DNA from: Ruditapes philippinarum
Taxonomy: Eukaryota
Direction of reading: 5' to 3'
Length of the DNA stretch: 64,000 bases
Assembly (NCBI RefSeq): GCF_026571515.1
Contig: NW_026864127.1
Location: 1 to 64,000 of the forward strand
The position numbers and the translations under genes were made by a program. Within the stretch, counting starts at the first letter, position 1. Each line of letters starts with the position of its first letter. The notes under the pieces were generated by a model. That model was not told where the DNA came from, made no database searches, and saw only the letters and a list, made by a program, of their open reading frames with translations. Below, piece after piece: positions 39,890-52,510 of the stretch.

Positions 39890-40062
39890 TAATGAAAATG
39901 GCCCTGCTGTTTTGGATACTAAAGTGGACGTAAAGTATGAAGTGAAAATTAAAAATGAGAAGTGACAAAAGGTGTTAAGTGCATTTCAAAGGTGGATTAT
40001 TTCTTTACTCGATTAAGTGTTCTGACAAAATTGTGTTTGTGCAACCTGAATATATATTCAAA

Positions 40063-43000
40063 ATGCCAACTGTTGCTTCATTGAAAGGAGTGAGAACGAA
40101 GTACAGAAAAGTGGTGATAACTGAGCTTCAAAAAGCAAACGACCTTCTGAAAAGTGAGGTGAGTGCAGTGTCAGAAATTGAGTTTTTAAAAGATGTTCAA
40201 AAGTGTAAAAGTCTATTGAAATCCTATTCTGAGAAATTGATGAGTCAAATGGATAAACTATCAGAACGTTTAACTAAAAGTGATTCGGAATATTTGCAAC
40301 AGATTGTAGATGAGGATTGCAATTTGAATTTCGAGGTAGAAAATTGTATCATTGATTTAGACCAATTTTGTGAGTCAACTGTACCATTGAAACATGATGA
40401 GAAAGAAAAAGAGACATATCAAGAACAAATGCAAAAGATGATGATGACACAAATTGAACAGCAACATCAAATGATGGTGCAGATGCAAACGGACAGAAAA
40501 AATACAAGTGCAGTTAAATTACCAAAACTTGATTTGGACATGTTTTACGGAAACAAAATAAACTGGTGGGAATTTTGGGACTCTTTTGAATCCATTGTGC
40601 ACAGAAACACCAAACTATCCAACATAGAAAAGTTTAACTATTTGCTAAGCAAACTAAGCGGAGAAGCGAAGAGAGCATTAGCTGGACTTGCGCGTACCAA
40701 CGACAATTATTCTATTGCAGTCGGAATTCTCCGAGAGAGGTACGGCAACAAACAAGAGATTATTGATCTTCATTACAAAGAAATGGTTAATGTTCATTCA
40801 CCAACTACAAAGGTTGAAAGCCTGCGATTTTTTTTGGATTAAGTTGAAAAAACCTTACGCAGTCTTGAGATGCTAAAGGAAAATGTGAATCAACACGTTT
40901 TTGTTTCAATGATTCGCACAAAGCTGCCAGAGGATGTGCTCCGGCAGCTGGAAATAATAAAAGGTGCAAAGAATGAGTGGACTGTTGACAGTTTGCGTGA
41001 TCACCTACGAGATTACATTACCGCTTGTGAAAAGTCTGACAAAGGAAAGAGTGATAGAGTGCATGGAGGTCAATTTAATTCAGTGAACAGGGGAATAAAG
41101 AAAGACGGAGCAATGCCAACGAATACTTGGAATAAAGATTTTCATAATCAACATCATTTTCAGAAATTCCGTAGCAGTGCCGACACATTTGTGGCCAATG
41201 AAACTGTTCATAACAAGCCAGTGTGTAGATATTGTGCAGAGAATCATTGGAGTGACATGTGTACTCGATTCGCAACATTGGAAGAACGGAAAAACAGAAT
41301 CAGAGGTAGTTGTTATCGTTGCCTAAAGGATGGTCATGGAATTCGTGAATGCAAATCAAATAAAAAGTGTGTGTACTGTAATCAATTCAATAGACATCAT
41401 AGAAGTCTGTGTCCTTAGAAATATAAACAAACAACACAAGAAGAATCACAGATGAGTGCAACGGAGCAAATCAATAATATCTCACCGATGGAGCAAAATG
41501 AAGAAAATGCTATGTTGTCTCACGGAGAATCTGTGTTTATGCAGACGGCGCTAACTGATATTCAAAACCCAACATCTAACGAAAGTGTCAAGACAAGAAT
41601 TCTTCTTGACTGTGGCTCTCAGAGAACATATATCACACAGTCACTAGCTGACAAATTAAGACTAAAGAAGCAGTATGTCGAAGAGTTACATGTGTTTACA
41701 TTTGGCGGTAAAGATGCTAGAGTGATAAAGACACACGTGACTTCCATCAATTTAAAGTTAAGAAATGGACAAAAGCTATGTCTTAAAGCAAACATTGTAC
41801 CAGTGATAAGTGGAAGCATACATAGAAAGTCACTGAATAAACAAGTCCTGAAAGAATTCAGAGATATTGCAGAAAATTTGGATCTAGCTGATACGTTTCC
41901 CGACAAAAATGAAACATCTCAAATAGAACTTTTGATCGGCAATGATCATTACCTAGACATTGTACTTCAACAAAAGATTGAAGTTCAGCCCGGATTGTAT
42001 CTGATGTGTTCTAAACTCGGTTGGATTCTAACAGGAAGGTCATACTCAGAAATAAAAGAGAAAGAGGAACCAAACATGCTCATTCTCACACACGGAAGTG
42101 TTAACAATTCAACTATAAACAAAGGAATATTCTGTGGTATCGATTCTTGTGAAAACTCGATTCAAGATCTAGAGGATTTTTGGAACATAGAGGCTATAGG
42201 CATTTGTGACAAAGACAAAATGAATGATGATGAGTTATCAATGAGAAAGTTTAAAAGCACACTCACCTTTCAGGATGGTAGATACAGTGTTACCTGGCCA
42301 TGGAAAGAAGAAAATCCAGATTTACCCGAAAACAAAGGACTTGCAATTGGACGACTTAAGTCGTGTTTGAAAAGACTAGAAAACAAACCTGACCTGCTAG
42401 AAAAATACAACAATGTTATAAAAGACCAACTGTCAAAAGGAGTTATTGAGAAGGTTCAAGACTCGGGGAAAGGCAAGGAATATATGCATCACTATATTCC
42501 TCATCATGCGGTTATCACGCCACAAAAGTCAACAACAAAGCTAAGGATTGTTTACGATGCGTCGGCAAAAATATCACCAGAATCAAAGAGTTTGAATGAG
42601 TGTCTTTTTCGAGGTCCTGTTTTACTCAAGGACTTGTGTGGGCTACTTATGAGATTTCGTTTACATAGAGTGGCAATGGTTGCGGACATCGAAAAGGCGT
42701 TTCTTCAAGTTGGTCTGCAAGACTCAGAACGCGATGTAACCAGATTCTTTTGGATTAAAGACACAAAAAGACCATCACTGTTTCCAAACAACATCGAAAT
42801 TTATCGTTTCTGTAGAGTACCGTTTGGGATTATTTCAAGCCCTTTTCTTCTGAGTGCAACGATTGAGGCTCATTTGAATGCTTATGACACTAAACTATCA
42901 GAACAGCTGAAACATGACATTTATGTTGACAATATTATAACCGGAGCATCCAGCGATGAACAAGCTGTAGACTTGTATAAAGAAGCAAAAAGCATGTTTA

Positions 43001-45666
43001 AAGACGCCTCAATGAATCTTCGGGAGTGGAGTTCAAGTAGTGAAAAAGTAAACAGTCTTATTCCAGAGGTTGACAGATCCACTGAAACTGAAACTAAGGT
43101 TCTAGGACATGTTTGGGACATAAAATCAGATATTCTGTCAGTAAAATCTGTATGTTCGAATATAAACCGTTCATTAGTGACAAAACGAATCGTACTGAAA
43201 GGAATAGCATCAGTATTTGACCCCATGGGTCTTGTGTCACCAGTCATTCTTCATGGAAAAATGTTGCTTCAAGAAATGTGGGAAAGTGGTTTCGACTGGG
43301 ATACAAAGATAACAGACGAACATGTGCTCGATAAGTGGTCATTTATCAGCGATCAGCTTAGGTTGATATCTGACATCAAAATACGCCGGAGTATCGTTTC
43401 TCAAGACAAATATGTAAAATACAATTTGCTTTGTTTTTGTGACGCTTCGTCAAAGGCTTATGCCACTGCAATCTATCTACAGCAAGAAAATGTAACTTAT
43501 GTGAAATCAAACTTGATCTTTGCCAAAACACGTCTTGCTCCAGTCAAGAAAATGACTATTCCAAGACTAGAGCTAATGGCAGTGCTAATAGGTGTTAGGT
43601 GTTTGAAATTTGTGAAGACACAGTTAATGATAGAAATATCTCACGAATACCTTTGGACCGACTCTCAGGTAGCATTAGACTGGATTAATAGTAAAAAGCA
43701 ACTTCCCGTATTTGTGAAAAATAGAGTTAAAGAAATCAAAAACAATAATTGTGTGATTATTGCTCATGTAGACACAAAAGATAATCCAGCTGACGTTGCA
43801 ACTCGAGGTTCGTCGGTGAGTGATTTAAAGGACAATTCTTTTTGGTGGAACGGTCCCACTTGGTGTTGTGAAAGTCCACGAAACTGGAATACAAATCACG
43901 ACAATATTATTGACATGGAATTAAAGCAAGAAAAAGATGAAAAAGAACTATGTGTTTCATTGCATGTCGAAGAAAATGAAAGCAAAACAAAACATGATAT
44001 TGTACCACCTTGTGGAATTGACATTCAAAGATATTCAACGTTGACAAAAGTGTTTGTGTTACAGCTCTTGTGTTAAAGTTCATTAGGAAACTCAAAAATG
44101 TAAAAGATGATGCAAAATATCTAACTTGTGACGACTTACGACAAGCTGAAAATTTGTGGATAGTTTATGTTCAAAGGAACATTTATAATAAGGACTATAA
44201 GAATATTCAAAAGAAAAAGCCGTCCGGACTACAAAGACAACTTGGACTGGTTATCGACAACAATGGATTATTGCGTTGTACTGGGCGTTAAGGGAACCCT
44301 TGCTTATCAGAAGGAGCAAGACAACCTATTCTTCTACCTCACAAAGAAAAGTTTACTGAACTAGTGATTCAAAGGGCACATAAAGAGTGTATGCATTATG
44401 GAATATCATATACGCTATCCAGAACAAGACAAACATATTGGATAACTCGCGGTCGTTCAGCGGTCAAAGCAGCATTAAATAAGAGTAATGTGTGTCGCCG
44501 CTACGATGGAGGCCCATACAATATGCCTGTTATGGCCCCACTTCCCAGTTCAAGAGTACCAAATCAAGTGCATTTTCACGAACTGGATTAGATTATCTTG
44601 GACCTTTGAACATTAAAACATCAAATGGTAATAGAAAAGTCTGGATATGTTTATTTTCGTGTATGACAACACGTGCTATTCATTTGGAAGTGATTCAGGA
44701 TTTAAGTACAGAAGAATTCCTGATGTGCTTGCAACGATTCATTTCACAAAGAAACACTCCTATCAAGATTGTTTCTGATAACGCTGCTCAGTTTAAACTT
44801 GCAAGTAAAGTCATACATCATATATGGAAAAACGTAGTGCAAAGTAATGAAGTAATGTCATACGTAGCTTCGAAGGGCATGCGTTGGAATTGCATTGTCG
44901 AGTTAGCTCCCTGGATGGGGGGATTCTATGAACGGTTAGTTGGGGTAGTTAAAAGTGCACTTAGAAAATCATTAGGACGAAAACTTCTTACAATGATTCA
45001 ACTTCAAACACTTATCAAGGAAGTGGAAACCGTTGTCAATTCGAGACCCTTAGTTTACGAAGAAAATGATTTATCTTCTAACATCACTTTGACACCTGGC
45101 ATTTTTTAACATTAAATCCAAACACCAGCGTACCAGACTTAGAAGACGACGATGGTGATGAAAACTATTTACCTGTCGAAAGTTCAACTGAAAAAACTGT
45201 TAAAGATTTGGAAAAAAGGACAAAGATTACTGAATGAGTTCTGGAAAATTTGGCGTGATCAGTACCTTGTGAGTTTAAGAGAGCGCCTTCAGACTCAATT
45301 AAAATCAGGACGGATCACTGCCAAAACAATACCGAGTGTGGGTGATGTTGTGCAAATAAAGGAAAACTTACCTAGAGGAAGTTGGAAATTGGTCGCATTG
45401 TGGAGTTAGTGACTAGTAATGATGGAGAAATTCGATCTGCTAAAGTACAGCTACCTTCGAAGAGACTGATAGGCAGACCTTTGAACTTACTTTATCTTCT
45501 TGAATGTGATAAAAATCTCACATTTATTGATGACAAAGGTGATACGAACAATGAGAAAAGTGAAAGAAACCAGATAAAGTATCAAACAGAACGGCAGCGG
45601 AAATTGCAAAACAAAAAATTAAAAACTATTTTAAGTAAAAATTATTTAAAAAAATCAATGATGTAA
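40063..45666 (+). pseudogene. BEL/Pao gag-pol polyprotein with nonsense and frameshift lesions
   Basis: Gag KLPKLDL.F.G...W.EFW. Three Cys-His boxes (CRYC..H...C, CYRC...H...C, CVYC...HH..LC). Protease LLDCGSQRTY; RT ADIEKAF, PFG, YVDN; RNase H FCDAS, ELMA, WTDS, NPAD; integrase LDYLGP, SDNA, GGFYERLV. In-frame stops at 40840 and 41416; frameshifts from about 44060 onward. Confidence 0.95.
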
Positions 45667-46048
45667 ATAACGATGATATTTCATAAAATAAATATGTGTT
45701 TAGATTCTAAAACATTTAACATACATTCTGTATCGAATAGAGACACAAAGACAGTCTTTAATTGTTTGACATTATAGCAATGTGTGTTGAAACACTCAGG
45801 AAGAGATTGTGATGAGACTATTTTGTATATAAGCACTTTTTTATATATTGTTTTTACTTCATGTATTTGGACATAGATCATATGTCATGTATTGCATTTA
45901 ATTTGACACTTCTAAGTTAATCAATGTGCATTGTCATTGGATATTTCTAAGTATTTATAATTAGCTCAAGTTAATCACTTTTCTCAAAAACATACATATT
46001 GTATTTTCTACTATAAATATATTGTATGCTCATTTTCTATGGCGGGAG

Positions 46049-46496
46049 TGTCGCTAACATAGCGATTATGTAATGAATACTTGGTATTTAAATGCTGTTC
46101 TTTGAATATGCTCCTTTAAACTTTATTGTATGTTGATACTCCGTTTATTGCTCCTTTGGTTTTTGCGCCAAAGTCTTATTATATTACATTGCTCCTTTTA
46201 ACTTTCCCGCCATTGAATTTCCGCCACAAACATATTCACGTGCTTTTCATGATAGCTTTGTATAAATAGAGATCGCATGGTCACAGAAGTTTTAGTGTGT
46301 GTTAAAAAGTATTGTAAGAAGGAAAGTGATTGAGATATGAAAAGGATTTTGATGTAAAATTAATTTAATAGTAAAAATGTGTTAGAGAGATAAAAACTTG
46401 TGGATTGTAAAAGTAAAGATAAAAAAGTGTTTAAAAATTGAATATTAAAAGTAGAAACGAAAAAGTGTTTCTCTTATTTTCATTGTGTTTACGACA
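46049..46496 (+). repeat. 3' LTR (448 bp)
   Basis: Direct repeat of 39439-39889. Confidence 0.97.
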
Positions 46497-49400
46497 AGTA
46501 TTGCCATACGCCTTAAAACTGTTTTAAATAAACTTATAAGTGAAGATCAAACTGGTTTCTTATCGGGAAGATACATAGGTGACAATATAAGACTTATTTA
46601 TGATATCATGCAATACACAGATGGTCATCAAATTCCTGGAATGCTGTTACTTATTGATTTTGCAACAGCCTTTGATTCTGTATCATGGACATTTATGCAT
46701 AACGTTTTAGAGTTTTTCAATTGTGGTGAAAATTTTATAAGTTGGATAAAGTTAATTTACAAAAACATTCATTCTTGTGTTACAATAAATTGAAATGGGT
46801 CAGACTGGTTTCAATTACAGCGTGATTGTCGTCAGGGCGATCCCCTCTCCCCTTACATTTTTCATAGTATCTGCACAAATTTTTGCGTTATTCATGAAAA
46901 ATAATACAAATATAAAAGGTATCAGACTTAATACATGTAATTCTGAATTTTTATTATCACAATATGCTGATGACACAACTATAATGCTTGATGGAACTGT
47001 TAAGTCTCTAAGACACATTATGCAAGTTTTAAAATTTTATGCTAAAATGTCAGGTCTAAACTTTAACATAGATAAAACAAAAGCAGTATGGATTGGTTCT
47101 ATGAAAGGGAATACTAAAAAAATTTGCCCTGACTTAAATCTTCAGTGGGAATCTGAATGTTTTCAGCTACTTGGTGTTACTTTTACAATTATTTTAAATA
47201 ACATGACTCAGGCCAATTATTTATCTAAACAGGAGGAAGTTAATAAGTTATTTACCCATTGGTCAAGACGTATTATTACCCCTATTGGTAAAAATGTTGT
47301 TATCAAGTCATTAGCATTACCTTAATTAAATCAACTCATTCTTAGCTTGCCAAATCCTGATATAGGAACAATTAAAGCTATACAAAACTCCTTCTTTAAA
47401 TTCTTATGGAAGTCAGGACCAGATAAAATTAAAAGAAATGTTGTTATTCAGAAGTATGAAAATGGGGGTTTCAGAGTGATAAACTTAGAGACTTTTATAA
47501 TGTATCTAAAATTGACATGGATATATTAAGAAGAATTTTAATGCATAATACCAAATACTTTAATTTTGTTAATAATATGTACCCATTTCTATCAAATATT
47601 AGTAAATATGGAGACCAATTTTTGATAAATAAACTTCAGACAGTGCAAAATAATTTTTTGAAAGATGTTTTTACTGGGCTCATACCCCAGGAATAGGTGT
47701 GAATTTTGCTCACTTACTGTTTGGCATAATTCTATGTTTAAAATAGGTGGTTCTACTGTTTGTTTCTAAAGATATGTAAATTGTTGTTTATATTGGTTAA
47801 TGACTTCTTACACAAGAGAGGAAATTAGCTATCATTTGATGAATTTCTAACTAAGTTTGATATAAATACCAATTTTTTAGAGTATCAAAACATTATAGAG
47901 TCTATTAGGAGAATTTAAATCAGCTGTCTTTAAGACACCTACCTCAGAAAGAGGAAATGCATATTCAGCCTTTAATGATCAAGATAATCAATAGTCAAAA
48001 GAAGGGATGTAGACAAATCTATGATTATATTCTTAGAGCAAATATATCATCTATTATTAAGAGAAAATAAGAAGATGAACTCAATTTGAATAATGATTTT
48101 AATTGGAATGGCATTTATAGGCTCCCTTTTAACATTAAAGAAGGATTCAAAGTTACAATGGTTTCAGTATAAAGTTAATTACAGGATACTAGCAACAAAT
48201 TATCTTTTACATAAAATGAGAATAAAATATTTTAATACATGTTCTTTTTGCAACAACTATATTGAAACTATAAAAAATTTATTTTGGAATTGCCAGTTAA
48301 GTTCTTCCTTTTGGGAAGATATAAAATCATGGATAAATTCAAAATGTACAGATGTTAACACACAGTAAACCTTAACAGATATAATTCTAGTCAATGAACA
48401 CTTAGATAATGCAACATTGAATTTAATTCTGCTGGGAAAGTATACTCTATCGATGCAAATTAAAAAACACAGTTCCAAGCGTCCAACTTTTTTAAAAAAT
48501 ATGTCGCTATTCTTTTGAGAACACAATTATACAGTGCAAAAAAAAATAAAGTTTCAAAGTTTGACACTTTGTGGGGAAAATATATTTCTTTGCTGCCTAA
48601 TTGAGACAAATGTTTTAAGATTATTTTTTAGGATTGATCCACTCTGTATTGTACCCACTGCCTTTTTTGTATCTTTACTTATCAAACACCTTGAATGACC
48701 TTTGGTCTTTTATAATCTCTCTCATGATATAAATGCATAAAGTATTTATGACAAGAGGTGCAACTCTTAAATGAATATCAATTTTAAGATAGTAGGAGTT
48801 GTTTCCCTTGAATTAATGACATTTTTAAAATATAAATTCAATATAAAATTGGAATTTCTCCTTTATGTTAGATAAGTTCTATAATATTGTAAAGTAATAA
48901 GTTCCGAAAACGAATCTTTTACTTATGTTATACTGAAATAAGTCTGGTATTAAAAATTTGTCAACTCTGTTAAGATACTACTGAATTATTACCTTAATTA
49001 TATTTATAAACTTGGTAGATTCTAAAAAGTAATCTCTTATTCCTTATTATACGTATATCTCATATATTGTATGTATATGCATAAATGTTTTGTATTGTGT
49101 AAAAAATTTGAAAAAAAAAAAAATACAAAAAGTATGTAATTTAACAGTTTTATCAAGAGAATAACCTGCGAACGAGGCATTTAGGTTTTACAACATTATT
49201 AAACATCTTCAAACAAGGACAATCTGCCTAATAGTATTGCATTGAATTAACCGCATGTCTTGAACTACTTACATGAAGCAACTTCAAGAAATATTAAGGC
49301 ATACTTTTTTAATTATTTCTGTCACTTCATACCGTGCTCATATGAGCGCAATAAAAATGACAACGTTGAGGCTTACGCGGCCCCGTAGATGGATAACAAT

Positions 49401-51782
49401 TTCTGCTATAGTGCTTCATTACACAAATGATCAAGTTTAAATTAATTAAAAAGACCAATAACGTTTTGCCAGCGTTAGCATAAAATGCAATAAAAATATC
49501 TAACAGGCCACTAAAGAATTAGCTTAAATGTAATACCCGTAGTCAAGCGAACTATGGACAGTGAAAGTTAAAAGAAAAACATAAAAAACTTCAAACAGTT
49601 TGCAGTATCAGAAATTCAGACATTTAAAACTTTAAACAATTGACTGTGTTCCAATACAATTTGTATAAGTTTCGTATAAATAGGTGGCTTGACTTCAAAA
49701 ATGCATCCTATGATTAAATGATACTTAGAAAATGAGACACATGATTCCACACATATAATATTTTAATTTGTCCTGTGTAATTAACTCGAATGATATCTTG
49801 CATATGTTCGCGTGTACACTTATATATCAGTAAAATATTTAAGAAACACATCGAGCAGTTTATATTAAAACACTGTTGTCTATGACTTATAGGGGCGGAC
49901 TTTGTACTTGACTTGATTTATCCTTACTGTAAAAACTACCTAAAGTGACGAAGATTTAGAATCGACCATCCATATTATTGGAATAATTTTCTCTATTGGA
50001 AAATAACTCGTTGATGTAGACTGCCTAGCTTATAGCGACATATATTTATCGTGAACCTGAATGAGATCGGGTTTCGTAGGAAATTCTGTCTTGCTCTAGA
50101 CAGACATTAGGCATAGTTATCGCACACCTCTCGTCGTTATCGATAGGAACCTTAATGCCTAATGCTACCGAGATAAGAATCTTACGAGGCACATCGTCAG
50201 GATAATGCAAAAAACAAATGGCATCAAGAGATACAGTTGAGAAGGACGTATAATATTGCTTTGAATATTAGTTGTCCTAGCATAATTGTGATCTGATTCC
50301 CATCGAGCACCAGGGTGATAATTTCCACTGTCGGACATCTATGGAAAAACACAAGCCATACACAAGGAATGGAATAATAGAAATGGTTTAACCTTTCTTT
50401 TCATACATTGTTTAGATATGATCCCAGCAACTAATTTCGATACAAGATATATCGCCGATACATATTATGTCAGGTTACTGACAGTACAATCATGATTAGT
50501 GAACACAAGCTAATGTAATAATTAAAACATGCATGCACTTACTTTATTACTGCTAATCAATATAAATCTTAGCCCTCGAGTCAATAATATCCTTAAGGCC
50601 TGTGTCCCTTATGGCCATTATCGCATAATGACAATCAGCAACTAGATATTGCCCTATATTTAGTTCTTTAAGTCACTTAGGTGATCACAGTTCAGTAACA
50701 CACCTAGAGGTTTCGCTTATTCGCTAAAAATCGCAACATAAGTTATTGATTGACATCAAACAAAGAAATAAGACAAAAATAGAAGACAGGAAATAAAAAG
50801 AGACATTAAAATAACCCTAAAAACAAACAAAAAAACAAGCAAACAAGTGATAAAATGTCCTTGTTTCGTTCTATCTATACACGATTGAAATTACCATTGT
50901 TCACTTGTTTAAAAAAAATCTAAAATTACATTTTCAACTCGAGTGAATATAGCATGTTTATAATACAAGAAACAATAATATCATTTATCTCAAATTGGTA
51001 AACAGACATGGGAAATGTTTAAAAAAATTTCATTCAGGGAGTAATTTAATTTTAACGTTAAAATACATTCTACTAATGAAAAGTGTTATAAAAACTGGAT
51101 AAAGTGTGATCCCTTGGAAGCATAAATCACAACAATATCACATGACAGTTGCAGACTGGGTTTGACTGAGTCTCGTTTCATGTAAGGACATTTTCTTTTC
51201 AATGGCTGAAAGAAGAAACAAGGTTGTATTTCTTTTTCTTTATCACATTATAAAGATTTAATATATAACTATTAGATTTTTTTCGCTTTTCTGTTTCAGT
51301 CATAAGTTTGGAAGATACACTATCAGTTATTGTGTTTATGCAAACAACACCTGACATCTTATTTATAGAGGTTTTTGAAAGTCTAGGTTCAATAATTAAT
51401 TTATTGTTCGAGTGGAATAAATTTTATTCAATGAATTCAATTAGTTCAGTATTGAAGCTTCACGGATACTTTGTTTATCATATACCCAATTTAAGAATTG
51501 TCTACTGTCAAAATGACTTATTTTTTATTAAAGTGCTTACATCGTAACGTTACATTTAGCTCGTCTTTACGCAATGATCGTATAAGCCAAATGGTGTAAT
51601 GTCAAATTGTATGCATGGCCGAGCAATACCGATTCTACGGAGTCGAAAAAGCGGCATGGGTATGTAATAAAATGCATTCATCGTCTGAATACAAATTAAG
51701 ATAACCTGTATATATTAATTGTACGCGGGTATGTGACTGTTCACGAACTTATATGACATAAACTATTAGTTTAACTATCCCT

Positions 51783-51867
51783 AAGTTTACAAAAGGAAGA
51801 AATGCATGTTTACATTTTCGAAAGTAAAAATTATTTCCCTGTTTGCATTTCTTCCTTTTGTAAACTT
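51783..51867. repeat. Perfect 24-bp inverted repeat with a 37-nt spacer
   Basis: AAGTTTACAAAAGGAAGAAATGCA ... TGCATTTCTTCCTTTTGTAAACTT. Confidence 0.9.
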
Positions 51868-52510
51868 CTTACATTGTGTAATTAGCTTAAAAGCATAGGA
51901 CTGATATCTTCCTGCCAGTTTAATTTCTATTCAATTGTCACATGAATAACTGCCATACATTGTTTAAAATATAAAACAATGTATATTTGTTCTGTTTTAA
52001 ACTGAAACAATTTATCTTTGACTGGTACTTCATGAAGAAAGGGTAAGGCAAAGAAACAGAGCTTTGGGCGTTTAGTTATTCCAATCTGCTGAAGAACGTT
52101 TGGTACATCTACGTATTGCACAAATGTTGAATATGTCGGTTTAAATTTCGTCACCTAACAACAGATTGTGTTAGTTGTCGAAGAAGTCCGGTTACGCATT
52201 GTACCGTATCGCATATCATATAGTGTAGGTGAGTGGGAATTAGAACTTCGAGTGCGTTCTGATAAAACAACATACGCTTTCGGCCTTTTTTTGTTTTTTA
52301 ATTTGATTATCTCCAGTAGTGGCAGAATAAATGATAATCAGTCTTTCTTTTCAAGGATTCTGTCAGGTTTTGATACCTATAATGTAAGATAGAAGTTGAT
52401 TATTTATCGATTAAAATAATGTATTATCGATACTTCAGGACTAACATTTTGTTCACTTTCGCAATCAAAAATAAATAATCTCACCTTAACCGTTTACATG
52501 CTATCAAGTT

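Larger units (their letters stand above)
39439..46496 (+). mobile_element. Full-length BEL/Pao LTR retrotransposon (7,058 bp)
   Basis: LTRs 39439-39889 and 46049-46496 with TGTCG...CGACA ends. 5-bp TSD AGTAT (39434-39438, 46497-46501). Polypurine tract GGCGGGAG before the 3' LTR. Removing the element restores the LINE RT codons GCA AGT ATT GCC ATA CGC. Confidence 0.97.
37707..49170 (+). mobile_element. Decayed, 5'-truncated L1/Tx1-type non-LTR retrotransposon (ORF2: APE endonuclease, RT, C-terminal Zn finger), interrupted by a BEL element
   Basis: Frameshifted motifs LQDTHF, SRGVAIL, VGDF, YTWF...ARLDFFLIS, PGYRTDHS, YWKFNNS, RSRAKWISEGEKPSRYF, NWRTISLLN, DQTGFLSGRYIGDN, IDFATAFDSVSW, RQGDPLSP, QYADDTT, CSFC...NLFWNC. 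A-tail at about 49101-49130. 13-bp direct repeat AACGAGGCATTTA at 37694-37706 and 49171-49183. Confidence 0.9.

Noticed and set aside
40840-41418. Programmed read-through between gag and pol
   Set aside because: BEL elements normally have a single ORF. There are two in-frame stops (one in mid-gag) plus later frameshifts, consistent with decay.
41619-43247. Antisense ORFs within the BEL pol region
   Set aside because: Shadow ORFs of the sense coding frame.
51170-51330. Possible non-coding first exon(s) and promoter of the Ig gene
   Set aside because: A candidate donor (about 51222) and acceptor (about 51299) exist but cannot be supported without transcript data.
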